DNA of 63,009 nucleotides, counting the filler, from Craspedostauros australis (lineage: Eukaryota): the NCBI GenBank assembly GCA_030167865.1. It is 21 parts of 21 records of this genome, joined end to end, with 100 filler letters (N's around TTAATTAATTAA, not from the genome) between each part and the next. Parts side by side here need not be neighbours in the genome. Positions count along the whole stretch, not along the records: positions 1 to 2,792 come from JALAGF010002507.1; positions 2,893 to 6,279 come from JALAGF010002509.1; positions 6,380 to 8,020 come from JALAGF010002510.1; positions 8,121 to 9,995 come from JALAGF010002511.1; positions 10,096 to 12,311 come from JALAGF010002512.1; 16 more parts are not named here. One strand, written 5' to 3'. Numbering within the stretch: position 1 is the first letter of the stretch; every line of letters starts with the position of its first letter. The translations under genes were made by a program, and so were the position numbers. The notes beneath the pieces were generated by a model. It saw nothing but the letters and a program-made list of their open reading frames with translations, was not told the origin of the DNA and made no database searches. This document shows, one piece after another, positions 1 through 12,411 of this stretch.

Positions 1-2792
1 CTGTGGCTCAATGATGTTCACGGAGTATGCGTGTTGTTCGATGTTGGCCCAATCCTTCTGTGGGATGCAGTTGTTGGTGTCAAGGATGTAGCTCGGGTCA
101 ACTGTTAGGGTGCTTTGGAGGATGGCTTGAAAGTCAGTTTCGCGCGTGTTGGGTACGTGATGGACTGGCTCGGTGCCTCCTTCTTGCACTCCAAGGTTAA
201 ATTGCTGAACTTCGAATCTGCTGGGTTGCTGCCATGGTCCTGGGCGAATGGTGCTGGTGTGCTGTCGCAAGGATTCGAACGCCAGCCGGTAGTTGTGGCT
301 CTGTCCGATTGCATTCCAGATGGAGAGGAACTTTGCCTTGAACATTGTTGCTCCGAGTCNGCATTCTGGAGGAGTGTGCCCTTCGTTCATCAGCGTTTCG
401 AGGTCGTCGGATTCGGCTGGATCACGAAGAGAGCTTGCAGCGAAGTCGAGCGCATCGAAGTGTGGGGTCATGATTCCTGTGAGCATGTATTTGCTCATGA
501 TCCCGAGGAACTTGCGCACAGCGTAGACTGTGACTTCGTTCTGTTGTTCCTCGAAGAGAAATTCGCACTCGCGATCCTCCATGATGTGGAGCTCCATGTC
601 CAGGAAGAAGTCTTCGTATAGATCTGTTACGTTGAATGGGGCGTCCTCGGTCATGTCTGATGGTTCTGGTTGCCACCAATCAACCATGTTCGCTTGAAAC
701 TCCTCAGGCTCCATTCTTGGCAAGTCGTTGACTGAAGCTTGTGGATTGAGAGTTCGGTAGCGTTGGCGGAGCTGGCGTAGCAATTGTAGTGAGTTGACCT
801 TGAAATCGTGAAGGTAGATTGAGAGAGGGTCACTGCCGTTTCGTTGCAGAAACTCAATTGTGTTCAGACAATCGATGACAGCTCGTGAGAATACGTGAAT
901 TGGATACGAATCTGGATGTATGTCAGATGTGGCGTCGTCTGATTCAATTTCTTCTTCAGCAGCCGTCGCAACACAGAGGAGATACTCATCACTATCGTCG
1001 TCTTCAAGCCACGCTGCCTTGCCTCCAAGGCGTCCATAGGTGAATCGCTGTGGCTCTTTGCGAATCCTGGTGCTCCGTTCTCGTTTGGGAGTAATCGTGG
1101 ACATTGGTGGAATCGGTGATGAGGTCGTGGTTTCTGGTATATTTGATGTTGGCATAGAGGACACGGGTTGAAGTGGTAGTGGAGCTGACTGATCTTTCTT
1201 CAGCGGATGAGGGAGCTGGTTAGAAGGTTCCCATTGCAGTTCTTGTGAAGCGGGGCGCTCTTGGAGTTCCTCGCCTTCACTTGGTGTAGGAGGATAGCTG
1301 AAGTCTCCCTCTGTCGAAGACAGTGGTTGATTCACTCCCTCTGAAGTTGACATTGGGGGGCCGGGGTCATCATTGATGAAACCTGCGTCCGTTTGCATCA
1401 TTGGTTTCTGCTTTGGAGCAGGTAGCGATGGTACCTCTGCGCCTTGATCGTCAGCGGATGGAAAGGGGATGTGAGGCGAAGTTGGAATGTTTGGTTCGAT
1501 CGCATCGTTTCGCTTCAATCGGCTATGGTCTATGAGGTCGGAGTTGAGGGTTTCTTCCTGCTCCATAGCCTCTACATCATCGTCATCAAATGGATACTGA
1601 AAGGTTGTATCACCAAACATGCGTGTCCATTCTTCTGATTGGTAGTTCGGCAGGTGTTTGGGATCAGTTGCTATAGTAGCGAACCAATCGTCGAACACCA
1701 CATGGAATTGAGGTGTGATGGATCCTGTTCGTGGTGAGAGAACCAAAGGCACTGTAGAGGCGTGCTTTTGTAGAGAGACCCACGTTGACGTATCGCTCTC
1801 CTCTTGGTTCCCATCGAGGTATCTTGCGTCCATCTGCGAGTGCTTTGTTGAACACGTACACAGGGCTGCCCCACACGTGTAGATTGTGGAGCTGTTTGAG
1901 TGGAAGTCGGACACGAGAGAGAACATCGTATGGAGTTAGTCCTGTTGCTGGATTGGGCACACGGTTGTAAATGTAAGCTGCGTGTACCACTGCCATNGGC
2001 CATAGCTGNGCATCAAACATGTCNGGCCAATGAATACTTTGGTGCATCATCATTGTTCGGGCCATNGACACGANGGTGCGGATGCTTCGCTCTGCTATGC
2101 CATTGTGATGGTGGGCTCCGACTCCGGCGAATCGATGGACTTGATGGAAGGCTTCGAGATGTTGAGTGTACTCGGGTGAAGTGAAGGTGGTAGCGTTGTC
2201 TGATAGGTAAGAGCGCACGGGCACGCCGACATCGCGACACATTAGCTCAAATCGCTCCTTGGCTTCTAGTGTAGCGTGTGTAGTCAGTGCTGCTACTGGT
2301 TCCACGTGAATGTAGCTCGATGCGTGATCAACGAAGATAGCTCCGCCCTTGTACATATCAATTGGGTCTCCTTTTCCTCTTCCTGTAAAGAGGCGGCCTG
2401 GTGTTCGTCCGACGAAGTGGTCTACTGACACTTGTTGGCCTGGGAACAGGTGGTCGGTCCGCAACACACCTTGTTTGTCACGCACGACATGTTGAGTTAT
2501 ACCTGGCGAAGGGCGCCGGTGTAACTTTCCAAACTGACATGCGGCACAAAGAGGGAGGTCGGTGACTTTGGCGGCTGCGGTGTGCATTTTTCGGGATGCT
2601 TCGGACCCTGTGAGAACACCTGAACGTAGAAGGAATTTCACTCTGTTGAAGGATAAGTGCCCGAGGCGGTAGTGCCAGCGGAGAAGCTCCTTTTGCGGTT
2701 GAGTGAGATTGACGTTGTGGTCTGACACGGTTGACACAATTGACGAGAGCGCTTTGGGTAGGTCGTGGATGTTGTCCGAGTTGTAACCAACT
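1..2792 (-). mobile_element. Ty1/copia (CoDi-like) retrotransposon pol fragment: pre-integrase Zn finger, integrase core and long INT-RT linker; one frameshift near 1770
   Basis: Motifs WHYRLGH..CAAC, SVDHF, SDNA and NGIAER in ORF 1664..2737. After a 1-nt indel at ACAAAAGCAC (~1770) the typical 'HASTVPLVLSPRTGSITPQFHVVFDDWF' continues, and that frame appears open to the window start. Confidence 0.9.
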
Positions 2793-2836
2793 NNNNNNNN
2801 NNNNNNNNNNNNNNNNNNNNNNNNNNNNNNNNNNNN

Positions 2837-2848
2837 TTAATTAATTAA
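2837..2848. other. Artificial contig linker N44-TTAATTAATTAA-N44, first of 20 (others at ~6324, 8065, 10040, 12356, 14257, 22619, 25068, 26265, 28555, 32997, 47091, 48317, 51602, 54334, 55571, 56808, 58278, 59649, 61741)
   Basis: Identical palindromic six-frame stop 12-mer centred in 100-nt N blocks; sequence content changes abruptly across each one. Confidence 0.98.
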
Positions 2849-2939
2849 NNNNNNNNNNNNNNNNNNNNNNNNNNNNNNNNNNNNNNNNNNNNCAGTGCCA
2901 TCTGCACACAATTCGCCGCTTCATCAAATGGAGTGGTCG

Positions 2940-4240
2940 CGACGGCAACGACAACAGCGACAGAGATAGCCACAGCAAGGCGATGGGCGACGAAAGCAAC
3001 AGCAAGGCGACGGCAGCGACGAAGGTAATGAAAGCGATGGCAAGGCGATGGGCGACGGCAACGGCAGCAAGACGATGGGCAACGAAAGCGACAGCAATGG
3101 CAAGGTGATGAGCGACAGCACCGACGAAAGCGATGAAAGCAACAGCAAGGTGATGGAGGACAGCAGTGACACAGATAGCCACAGCAAGGCGATGGAAGTG
3201 ACAGAAGTGATGAAAGCGACGGCAAGGCGACGGAGAACAGCAGCGACGAAAGCGACGGCAATGGCAAGGTGATGGGCAATGAAAGCGATGGCAAGGTGAT
3301 GGAGGACAGCAGTGATGAAAGTGATGAAAGCAACAGCAATGGCAAGGCGATGGGCAACAGCACCAACAAAAGCAATGAAAGCACGGCAAGGCGATGGGCA
3401 ACAGCACCAACAAAAGCGATGAAAGCGACAGCAATGGCAAGGTGATGGGCGACAGCACCGGCAAAAGCGATGAAAGCAACAGCAATGGCAAGGCGATGGA
3501 CAATGAAAGCGATGAAAGCGACAGCAATGGCAAGGCGATGGGCGACAGCACCAACAAAAGCGATGAAAGCGACAGCAATGGCAAGGCGATGGGCAACAGC
3601 ACCGGCGAAAGCGATGAAAGCGACAGCAAGGCGATGGGCAATGAAAGCGATGAAAGCGACAGCGATGGCAAGGCGATGGGCGACAGCGCCGGCGAAAGCG
3701 ATGGAAGCGACGGCAAGGCGATGGGCAATGAAAGCGACAGCAATGGCAAGGCGATGGGCGACAGCACCGGCAAAAGTGATGAAAGCAATGGCAAGGCAAT
3801 GGGCAATGAAAGCAATGAAAGCGACAGCAATGGCAAGGCGATGGGTGACAGCACCAACAAAAGCAATGAAAGCATGGCAAGGCGATGGGCAACAGCACCG
3901 ATGAAAGCGATGAAAGCGACAGCAATGGCAAGGCGATGGGCAACGAAAGCGATGAAAGCGACAACAATGGCAAGGCGATGGGCGACAGCACCAACAAAAG
4001 TGATGAAAGCACAGCAAGGCGATGGGCCACGAAAGCGATGGGCAACGAAAGCGATGAAAGCGACAGCAATGGCAAGGCGATGGGCAACAGCACCGGCGAA
4101 AGCGATGAAAGCAACAGCAATGGCAAGGCAATGGGCGACAGCACCAACAAAAGCAATGAAAGCATGGCAAGGCGATGGGCAACAGCACCGATGAAAGCGA
4201 CAGCAATGGCAAGGCGATGGGCAACGAAAGCGGCAGCGAT
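2940..4240. repeat. Modular minisatellite (~36-51 bp units built from GGCAAGGCGATGGGC / GACAGCACCGGC / GAAAGCGATGAAAGCGACAGCAAT)
   Basis: Dozens of shuffled copies visible directly; more degenerate at the left end. Confidence 0.95.
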
Positions 4241-4928
4241 AGGAAGGTTCGTAGTAGATCCACATTGCAACATCAAACCAAGTGTATTCTTTTGTTTCTT
4301 GATGCTTGTAGATATGTATACAATAGACTGGTGAGATGGACAAGACCAGAAAGAAAGATAAAAAGAGATCAGAGGGATACAACTGTAGAATATAACAGAC
4401 TGCCAAAACCACTCCAAATTGTTTGCTTCAACTGTTCACAACTCTGATGGTATGCCTCTCCTGGGGCAGACCCATCAATGATTGTGCGATCTATATCGTC
4501 AAAGGAGACAACTGCCTGTGCATTCAACATAGTTGAAGCTCCATTTGTCAATATTCTGCTCCACTGGTCCCAGTATCGAAAAATGTCGCAGGCGACATGT
4601 TGCAGATGGTATGTTTGACGCTCGGTTTTTCTGGGACAGCTGCTCATTTTGATGACACCCACAGGGCACATCACTTTGGAAAATGCAGACATGTGTGCAT
4701 ACAAGTACTGGCCTCTCAGGTGTGCTGTGGGCTTTCCACCATCATCGTCCTCCTCCTTCTCTTCGTCGTGTCTGTTGCGATCTCTCAGGCTGCGGTTCTT
4801 GGGGCTGTCCTGTTCCTCGTCACATGTCCAGAAACACTCAGCAAGCACCAATTCCAACAGTATCTTCGATTGTCTATATCAAACCACCCATCACCCTCCT
4901 TCGTTTGCCCTGACACCACCTTCGGATC

Positions 4929-6279
4929 ATGAGCCACCCACGCCCAAACTCTCCCCCCAACGCCCACCAGCCTTCACCAAAGGTTCACCGTCCTCTTGAA
5001 GGTCGCGATGTCCACTCTCCTCGCCAGGGGCTCAACCCTTATGCTCTCCCCTTCGTACCATCGGTGTCTCAGGACCAATCTAGGATGATTGCACCAGTGG
5101 CGTGCTTTGTACCATCCCCACCCCTCGCCAACTACCCAACCATTCTCTATGGTCCAACCCCTGCATCCCCTCCAACGCATGCCAACTACAACTATCCCAC
5201 AGGAGGTGGGCACTACAACGCTGCGATGCCAACTGTTGGGTATGATGCAAACTTGCATTCTGCCTTTGTTGGCATCCCAAACTACCCCATGCCACCTATG
5301 GTTGCCGCACCTGCTCCATACGGTACCTCTCCAATGCCACCAATCGCACACGGCATGCCAATCACCTGCTTTGGCAACTTGGAATGTCAAGGTTGTGGTA
5401 TCGTGTTCTGCGGTTGCTGCAATCCGGCATATGCAAGACTCTCGTTCTGCCCACAATGTGGAGCAAACCATGAAGGAGCTGGGCAGGTGGGCTTTGCCCC
5501 AGATGGTGGCAATCAAAACCACTCCGAAACAGCACCTCGTCCGCATGTCCAAGCAAATCGCAGTGTTGTCATGTCTGCTCCAGTCCCAACCAGCATTGAC
5601 AACAATCGCGATGGTGATACAATGATGGGTGACACTATCATCAACAACGAAGCCTCAGCCCCTGGATGGCCAACATGGACGAAGGATATGTCTGCAAAAC
5701 AGAAGCTGCTATCCCTCTTCAGGATGACAGGCAGGGATCCAGGCGCACTGAGGAACTTCCCAAAGGGCGGATACCCAGGGATTTCAACCAAGTCCAACAG
5801 ATATCATTGGGACTCCATGGAACGAGCATGGGAAGAACATGTTTCTATCTTTTGGAATGCAGCTGCCCCCAACACGATGGCTCCACCCCAACTGTGTGAT
5901 GTCATCAAGTATGTCCGGCACAACAAGGCTCTCTCTCTCACAGGTTTAGAGGAGACTGTCTGTCACGTTGCCTTCTTTGGAAATGACGACTTCTCTAAAG
6001 CTGCACGTGCGATGCTGGCATGCACATGTGGTGCCACAGAATGTGAGCGCATCCTGCAAGTGCACCATCATGCCCTACCAGCAGAAGAACAAGCCAAGGT
6101 TGTCAACACTCGAATTGCCATGCGCCAAGACACGCACGGCCGATTCAAGGATTTGGCGGGCACCCTTCTATCTGGGAAGTCAATTCCAAAAATAGAGCGG
6201 CCTTACCGTCCACCCGAAGACTCCCTCAAGAACGCCATCTCGTACATCACAACCATTGGGCACTACAAGGGCGGAAGAT
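4929..6279 (+). CDS. Hypothetical protein (Pro-rich N-terminus, Cys cluster), 3' truncated by gap
   Basis: About 450-codon ORF from ATG; CQGCGIVFCGCC..CPQCG cluster; no family recognised. Confidence 0.55.
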
Positions 6280-6430
6280 NNNNNNNNNNNNNNNNNNNNN
6301 NNNNNNNNNNNNNNNNNNNNNNNTTAATTAATTAANNNNNNNNNNNNNNNNNNNNNNNNNNNNNNNNNNNNNNNNNNNNTCCTCACCAACAACAACGACT
6401 TGATCACTCTACGTTCTCGGTGCGGTATCT

Positions 6431-8012
6431 TCAAACCCATCTACGATTACGTTCTAACACCAATGCAGCAGTGTCCTTCGCATTTGCGGCCGGATCCACA
6501 CGTGTTGGACCAGCGACATTCTCATTGCTGTAGGTTGGATCCGGAATTGTGCGATCGACGATGGTTCCATTGCTATAGGCTGGGTCCGGAGTTGTTTGAT
6601 TGATGCCGATACCACCGTTGCTGTAGGNTGCATCCGGTTCTTCCAAACCGTGCTGGTATCTTGAGCTGGCACCACTTGACTTGTCGCTGATGCTCATGTC
6701 ATCACTCTTGTTGTTGGTGATTGTAAATGACGCTGTATATGAAAGAAGTTGACATGTACATGCAAAAAGAGTAGTTAGTGTTTGTTTGCAAGTTCCTATT
6801 TGTGTGTTACTGCTATGTCATGCAAAGCACAAGTCAATCAGACGGAAGCCAATGGCTGTGTTACGCACCTGCTTTCTCCATCATGTTGAAGAACGCATCT
6901 TCATCATCGTTGGTCTCCTCTTCCAGGACGACCTTTCCATGGAAACCCTTGATGGCGACTTTCCAGCTCACCATATTCATCGGGATCATGATGCTCTTCT
7001 GGGTCTTTTGGTGAGTCAGAATCTTGGGGATCGGACGGTACTTCCGAGTCAAGCGCTCTGGCTCGTTGCCAAAGAAGCTGGTGGAGAGCTCCATGCCATC
7101 AGGGCAGCGGAAGTACGTGTACTTCTTCTCGATGCCCCTGCTGATCTCACGGTTGGCGATCTTGTTGAAGGCATTTCTCTCTCTGTCCATGTTCGGATCA
7201 ACTTCGCCCTTCTTCAGGGCAAACATGGTCTCCGTGGACTTCTCGAGCATCAGGGCCGGGATGGCAGGCTCTTCGATCTTGATCGACTTGCCATCGTCGC
7301 AGAGTGAAGCCTTCACCTTTGCAACATCATCCTTGTCAAGAACGAACTTGCGAATGACGAGGCAATCGAAGGAGCGGCCGTCCACTACCACATCATCGAC
7401 ACGATAGATGATCGTGTTATCCGCGTTTTGGAATGGATGGGAGAGGTTGATGTTGTACTCCATCCCATGGTCCTCGTCGTCGGCATAGTCAGTGTCGTCG
7501 TCACTTGCCTTCGTCATCTTGCTGCCTGTGCTGAAGTTGATCCTTCGTTGGTGTTGTGGCGAAATTGTATTCGTTGCTGTTGACGCTGGCGTAGTGGTCA
7601 CAACAATGGGAGGTCTTGATTGCGGGAGAGGTGTTTCGATGAGGGCTTCGTTGTGTTTGTGATCTGCACTGTGATGGGTTGTTGGCGTCGTTTTGTGAGC
7701 AGTATTGTTGCCTGTCAGGCCGAGGGCTGTTCGATGCGTTGCTCGCAGCGCTTTCATGCCAGCCTTGTCCAAGTTGCGCTCGAGGTAGTACTTCCTCTGC
7801 CTGCTCGCTGTGCGCTCCGCAGTGGCAGGTCCGCCAAGGATGTGCTGCTTGCTGTTGCAATACACGCGAAAGCTGTCGAAGCGGCTCGATTCGAGGAGAT
7901 ACTCGAGGATGGCCAGATCAACCTCTGGAGCTACCGTTTTGAAGTTTGAACGGTTGGGTGTTGCTTTGCGGGTACCAGCAGAGCGCGGCGTGGGTGAAAC
8001 AAGATGTGCCAT
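6431..8012 (-). CDS. Hypothetical protein, probably two exons (8012..6869, 6732..6431)
   Basis: 383-aa ORF with strong codon bias. A GTGCGT donor at 6868, ACTAAC branch point and TACAG acceptor at 6733 join it in frame (phase 1) to ORF 6431..6697. Confidence 0.6.
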
Positions 8013-8162
8013 TGCGCTGTNNNNNNNNNNNNNNNNNNNNNNNNNNNNNNNNNNNNNNNNNNNNTTAATTAATTAANNNNNNNNNNNNNNNNNNNNNNNN
8101 NNNNNNNNNNNNNNNNNNNNGTAAAAGTTGCGGTCAAAAACGGAATGGGGTGAGAATGAAAT

Positions 8163-9094
8163 TTATATTGGATCGAAGTAATCCCCTAGGTCATGAAGGG
8201 ATAGGATGAACCCTCCTACGCTGATTCTTGTGTTCTTGTCTCCTGCATATTCGCTATCGCAGAAGAGCTCCATGTCCCAGCCGTCGTCGTCTGGACGCGC
8301 TGGATGGATCTTCAATCTGTAGTGTTGTGTATTGATCACGTATTTGATGATCCGATACATCTCCTTCATTGCGGCCTTGGTGGGCCCGATCAATACCTTG
8401 GAGAGTTCTCTCACGGGGTTCGCGATATCTGGTCGCGAGTGCTTGATGAGGAAGAGTAGCATACCAACGCCTTGGCGGTATTCAGCATGTTCTTCCGGTC
8501 CGACCTTCTGTAGTCCGTTGTCTTGGGATGGTCGTACGATGATTTGACCTGGGGTTCCCGGTGTTGTATAGCGTTGCATCTTTTCAACCTTGGTTCCGAA
8601 CTCTTCAATGAGGTGTCAGATGAGATGTGGTTGACGCAACGTTGCTCTAGTCTTGTCATGGTTCAACTCGATGTTGCAACTGAGGTAGTCGCCGAGTCCG
8701 CGCTCGATGGTTACCTTGAACTTGCTGCCTTGGATGTCCTTCAGGAATCCCTCCAATGCCTTGGAGTCTCCGCAGCAGAAGCAATCGTCCACGTAGATGG
8801 CTACAATCATGCTTCCTTCGTTCGTCTTCCTGTAGAACAGGCACGGGTCTGCTTTGCTCTGTTCGACGTTGATGTTCTTGAGGGTCAACACCAACATCTT
8901 GAACCACTGCCTGGCGCTCTGCACAAGTCCGTAGATTGGCTTATGTAGGGTCAGGGCTTCGTCTGGTTGATAATCCATCCCATCAGGACAGTTCATGTAG
9001 ATCTCCTCATCGAGGTCTCCGTGTAGGAATACCGTTACGACGTCGACGAGTGAGCAGTCCATCTTCTTGATCAGCATGATCACCATCATGACTC
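8163..9094 (-). pseudogene. Degenerate Ty1/copia RT and start of RNase H
   Basis: VDVVTVFLHGDLDEEIYM, KPIYGLVQSARQW, IYVDDC, SRPDIA, FCDSEYAGD; frameshift near 8616; interrupted at 9095 by an LTR. Confidence 0.92.
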
Positions 9095-9574
9095 TGTCGA
9101 GATGTACATGTGAGTATATGTCGAGATGTACGTGTATGTGCATCGTTCACCTGTTATTCTCTCATACGCACTTGAACGGTACAACTACATTCGTGACGAT
9201 AGTATGCTGTGATTCGTCAGAATTGCAGAGGAAATGGAACACACGGAAATGAGCAGAATGTCTGGAGGAAATTTGCAATCGACGATTTCTGGGAGAATCA
9301 GAATATCGTCCGTCCATGCATCAATGGTACCAAGCGAATCTCGAGGTACTTCCCAACTAAACCTGAGATGACGATACCATCTGACAGACTACTGCATCAC
9401 CAATGGAACGTGACATCTGGAGAGCAGAAGGACACCTACTGACGTCGACAGGATGTCATCATGTCACCATGTCAACATCTGTCTCCATGTCAGAGCAAGA
9501 GGCAAAGATCTGATGACCGAAGGACATCGAGATCATGGATACAGGAGGTGAAGTTCAAATGGTAAGTACTCATG
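9095..9574. mobile_element. LTR family A, left part, inserted in copia RT
   Basis: Starts TGTCG where RT homology to the sister copies (54390+) stops; highly similar to 28611-29075 and 12412-12548. Confidence 0.75.
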
Positions 9575-9995
9575 TGTCAGGAATCGGGTGTTCTGAAACA
9601 CCATATTGCCGCACCTCCCAGGAGTAAGGAGCCGAATGTCATGATATGCTACATTACCGCAACTCCCACCTTTGGATCTTTGTGACAGAAAAATGTGAGC
9701 TGCACGTGTTCTGATGATGGAGAACGACACGTGCCGAATGCGAACCGTACCTTGGCGTTCGTGACCTCAATACAGGAATGCCAATCACACGTGAATGTCG
9801 CAGGGGGCAGGGATGTTGGAATCGTGACCAACATCACGATACGAGCGACTACGGCCCCCATGTCGCAACCAATGAGAAAAGAGTACTGGAGGAAGGCCGA
9901 TGTCACGAAGAGTGAGATGGCCTATGAACGAACCTGGTATGAGGAACCTCCAGGAAGCCGGTGAAGTGATCGGCGAAGTAAGTGGAGAAACGACA
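9575..9995. mobile_element. Second insertion (LTR-like, begins TGTCAGGA) nested in LTR A
   Basis: LTR A homology ends at GTACTCATG, where the other copies continue GAGTAGGAG; the new sequence starts TG. Confidence 0.45.
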
Positions 9996-11848
9996 NNNNN
10001 NNNNNNNNNNNNNNNNNNNNNNNNNNNNNNNNNNNNNNNTTAATTAATTAANNNNNNNNNNNNNNNNNNNNNNNNNNNNNNNNNNNNNNNNNNNNCTCAT
10101 GGGATGCATTCCATCATTCTACGTTCGCCAGTGAATGCCGCCAGTGGAGTGCGGTGATCCCAGTCTTCTCTGTACGACAAAGTGGAATGTTTCCGCTAGC
10201 TAACACAAGCGTGTGGGGTGTTGGCATCTGTACACATGTACGATGACAGATGTCATCGACAGCAGCAACAGCTGACACAACAAACGACATCACAACCCCG
10301 TAGTCACGAATCCATCATCAGCACGAAATCATACACACAACACACACGATACTGACAAATTCAAACAACAATTGGACAACACCAGGCATTTCGTCGGTAG
10401 AAACCATAAAAGTATGAATATAGCACGATAATTACACGATTCGGGAAATGGATGAGTGCTGCAATCAGTCAGAAATCACGTTTTCACGACGCAACCAAAA
10501 CGACAACACAAAAAATGTGCTTCGAAACGTAAAAAACGGAAAAGGAAAATTAGCAGCACGACCAACGTGACGTGTCGGACAAACCCTTCGGAAGCCCGAA
10601 GGCGTCATCAGTCAATAATAACTATGGCACGGCGTGAACCGACCATCATGATTGGTTGGTTGGGTTGTGGCGTTATGTCAAAGATCTTATTTGGTGGGAA
10701 CGCAATGATGTCTGCGACAGGTCACGAAGATACCGATGTCCGCAACACGAGGGGAGTTCTCAGGTTTCCTTTCAAACAAATATCGATTGCGTGCTTGTGA
10801 AGACAAATAAAATGTCAAATAGAAAATCGATGTTTCGTGATTTTGTCATTGCGTCGTTCTTCGCGTGTTGTACCATGTTGTATTTCGTTTGTGGAACTAT
10901 AGGACGGTTTGGACTTACGGAACAGAGAGCGATGCCACACCAAGAATTAACCTTCCAGACACTCGAACACGTGAAAGCACACGAACCAACTCTTGCACAG
11001 TGTTTCAGTGACAGAAACGTGGAGGCATGGCGCCAGACAAGCAGTCTAAATGTGGAGATGCTGTCCTCTGTTTTTATGGTACGGTTTAGTTGGTATCTAC
11101 ATACATTGGTACATCAGGTATTGATGATACTGCGATGGGTACCGAAGGTCAACAAGGATGCGTCAGACCAGGGTGGGAGGCGACTGGGAAATTGGTCTCC
11201 CGCAGCTCCCAAAGTCGGCCACCACGACACGGTGTCGAACCGATGATAAAATAGATAAGTGGAAATCATTTCGGAACAGAGGAATACAATAGAATACCCT
11301 ACAATAGAACTAAATACAAGAGACTACCATGAGTGTACGAATGATAATGGTCGATACATCTGCCACACTCATGGGGACGGCAGAGATCCTGATTTGACGC
11401 CATTCCGTTTTGGCCAATTCTACGATCACGCAGGAATGCTCAACTCAACTCCATCGTTGCATCTGTTGATTCGAAGCTGGATGTTGCATCGCTTACTGTC
11501 TTGGTAGCGCATAATGCTTCAGCTTGATGGATGCCTTCGAACATGCTTCATCCAGTGGTTCAATGATGTTGCTCGGATGAAATACGCACAAGAGAGAGAG
11601 AGAGGAGTTGGAGACGCTGTTTTGGTGGGCGGCGGATCTTTGTGGATACCATTATCGACTCATTTGAATGGATCACACACTTCGATCGTGGAAGGTAGGG
11701 ACTCATTTGGACACGACCAAACAAGAACAAAAATGGCGAACCACATCACCAAATTTGTGGTTTCTCTTCTTGTTCGCCAGAATGGCAGACACGAGATGAG
11801 ACAACGGCTGAAACGGTGGGGACGGCATGAAGAGGAATGGACATGGTC

Positions 11849-11882
11849 ATGTGATGTGATGTGATGTGATGTGATGTGATGT
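11849..11882. repeat. (GTGAT)n microsatellite
   Basis: Direct pentamer run. Confidence 0.9.
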
Positions 11883-12411
11883 GGTGTGGGACGAGGATGG
11901 CAGATGAAGGTGGAATGAAGTGCCACTGCTATTGATGAGCGCCGATGAAGCGCGGCGTTGCCAATGATGACCACATGACAATCGCGTTGACAGAGATCCA
12001 TCCGTGTAGTGAAGAGAGAAGAAATGAGGCATGAACGGAACCGAGCATGACAGGACATGACGAGACGTGGCAGGACGCCAAGCGACGGTCATGATCAAGA
12101 GAAGGTGATGCGAGACAGAGAGATGGAGAAACGCAGAACACAGCATTGCTCCTGCAAGCATGCCAGCAACGCATTCAACAATCTCATGACAACTCCATCA
12201 TCACGAATGAAGTCATGATGATCATGATGTGAACGTCCACAGACACAGCTCATGCCACCATGGTCAGCGGTATCATCAATATCAGCTATTGCACCACGAG
12301 GATCGATGGTCNNNNNNNNNNNNNNNNNNNNNNNNNNNNNNNNNNNNNNNNNNNNTTAATTAATTAANNNNNNNNNNNNNNNNNNNNNNNNNNNNNNNNN
12401 NNNNNNNNNNN

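Noticed and set aside
1762..1775. Frameshift in the integrase C-terminus as programmed recoding
   Set aside because: Single extra A inside a conserved domain, in a low-quality contig with scattered Ns; mutation or sequencing error is more likely
2940..4240. CRISPR-like array
   Set aside because: No unique spacers, no cas genes, eukaryotic context
2841..4417. Three 470-520-aa minus-strand ORFs and several plus-strand ORFs
   Set aside because: The repeat lacks TTA/CTA/TCA on the plus strand, so stop-free frames are a compositional artefact; the frames swap between the same three peptides
10096..12311. Short ORFs and weak hairpins in this contig
   Set aside because: No recognisable domain, codon bias or defined termini
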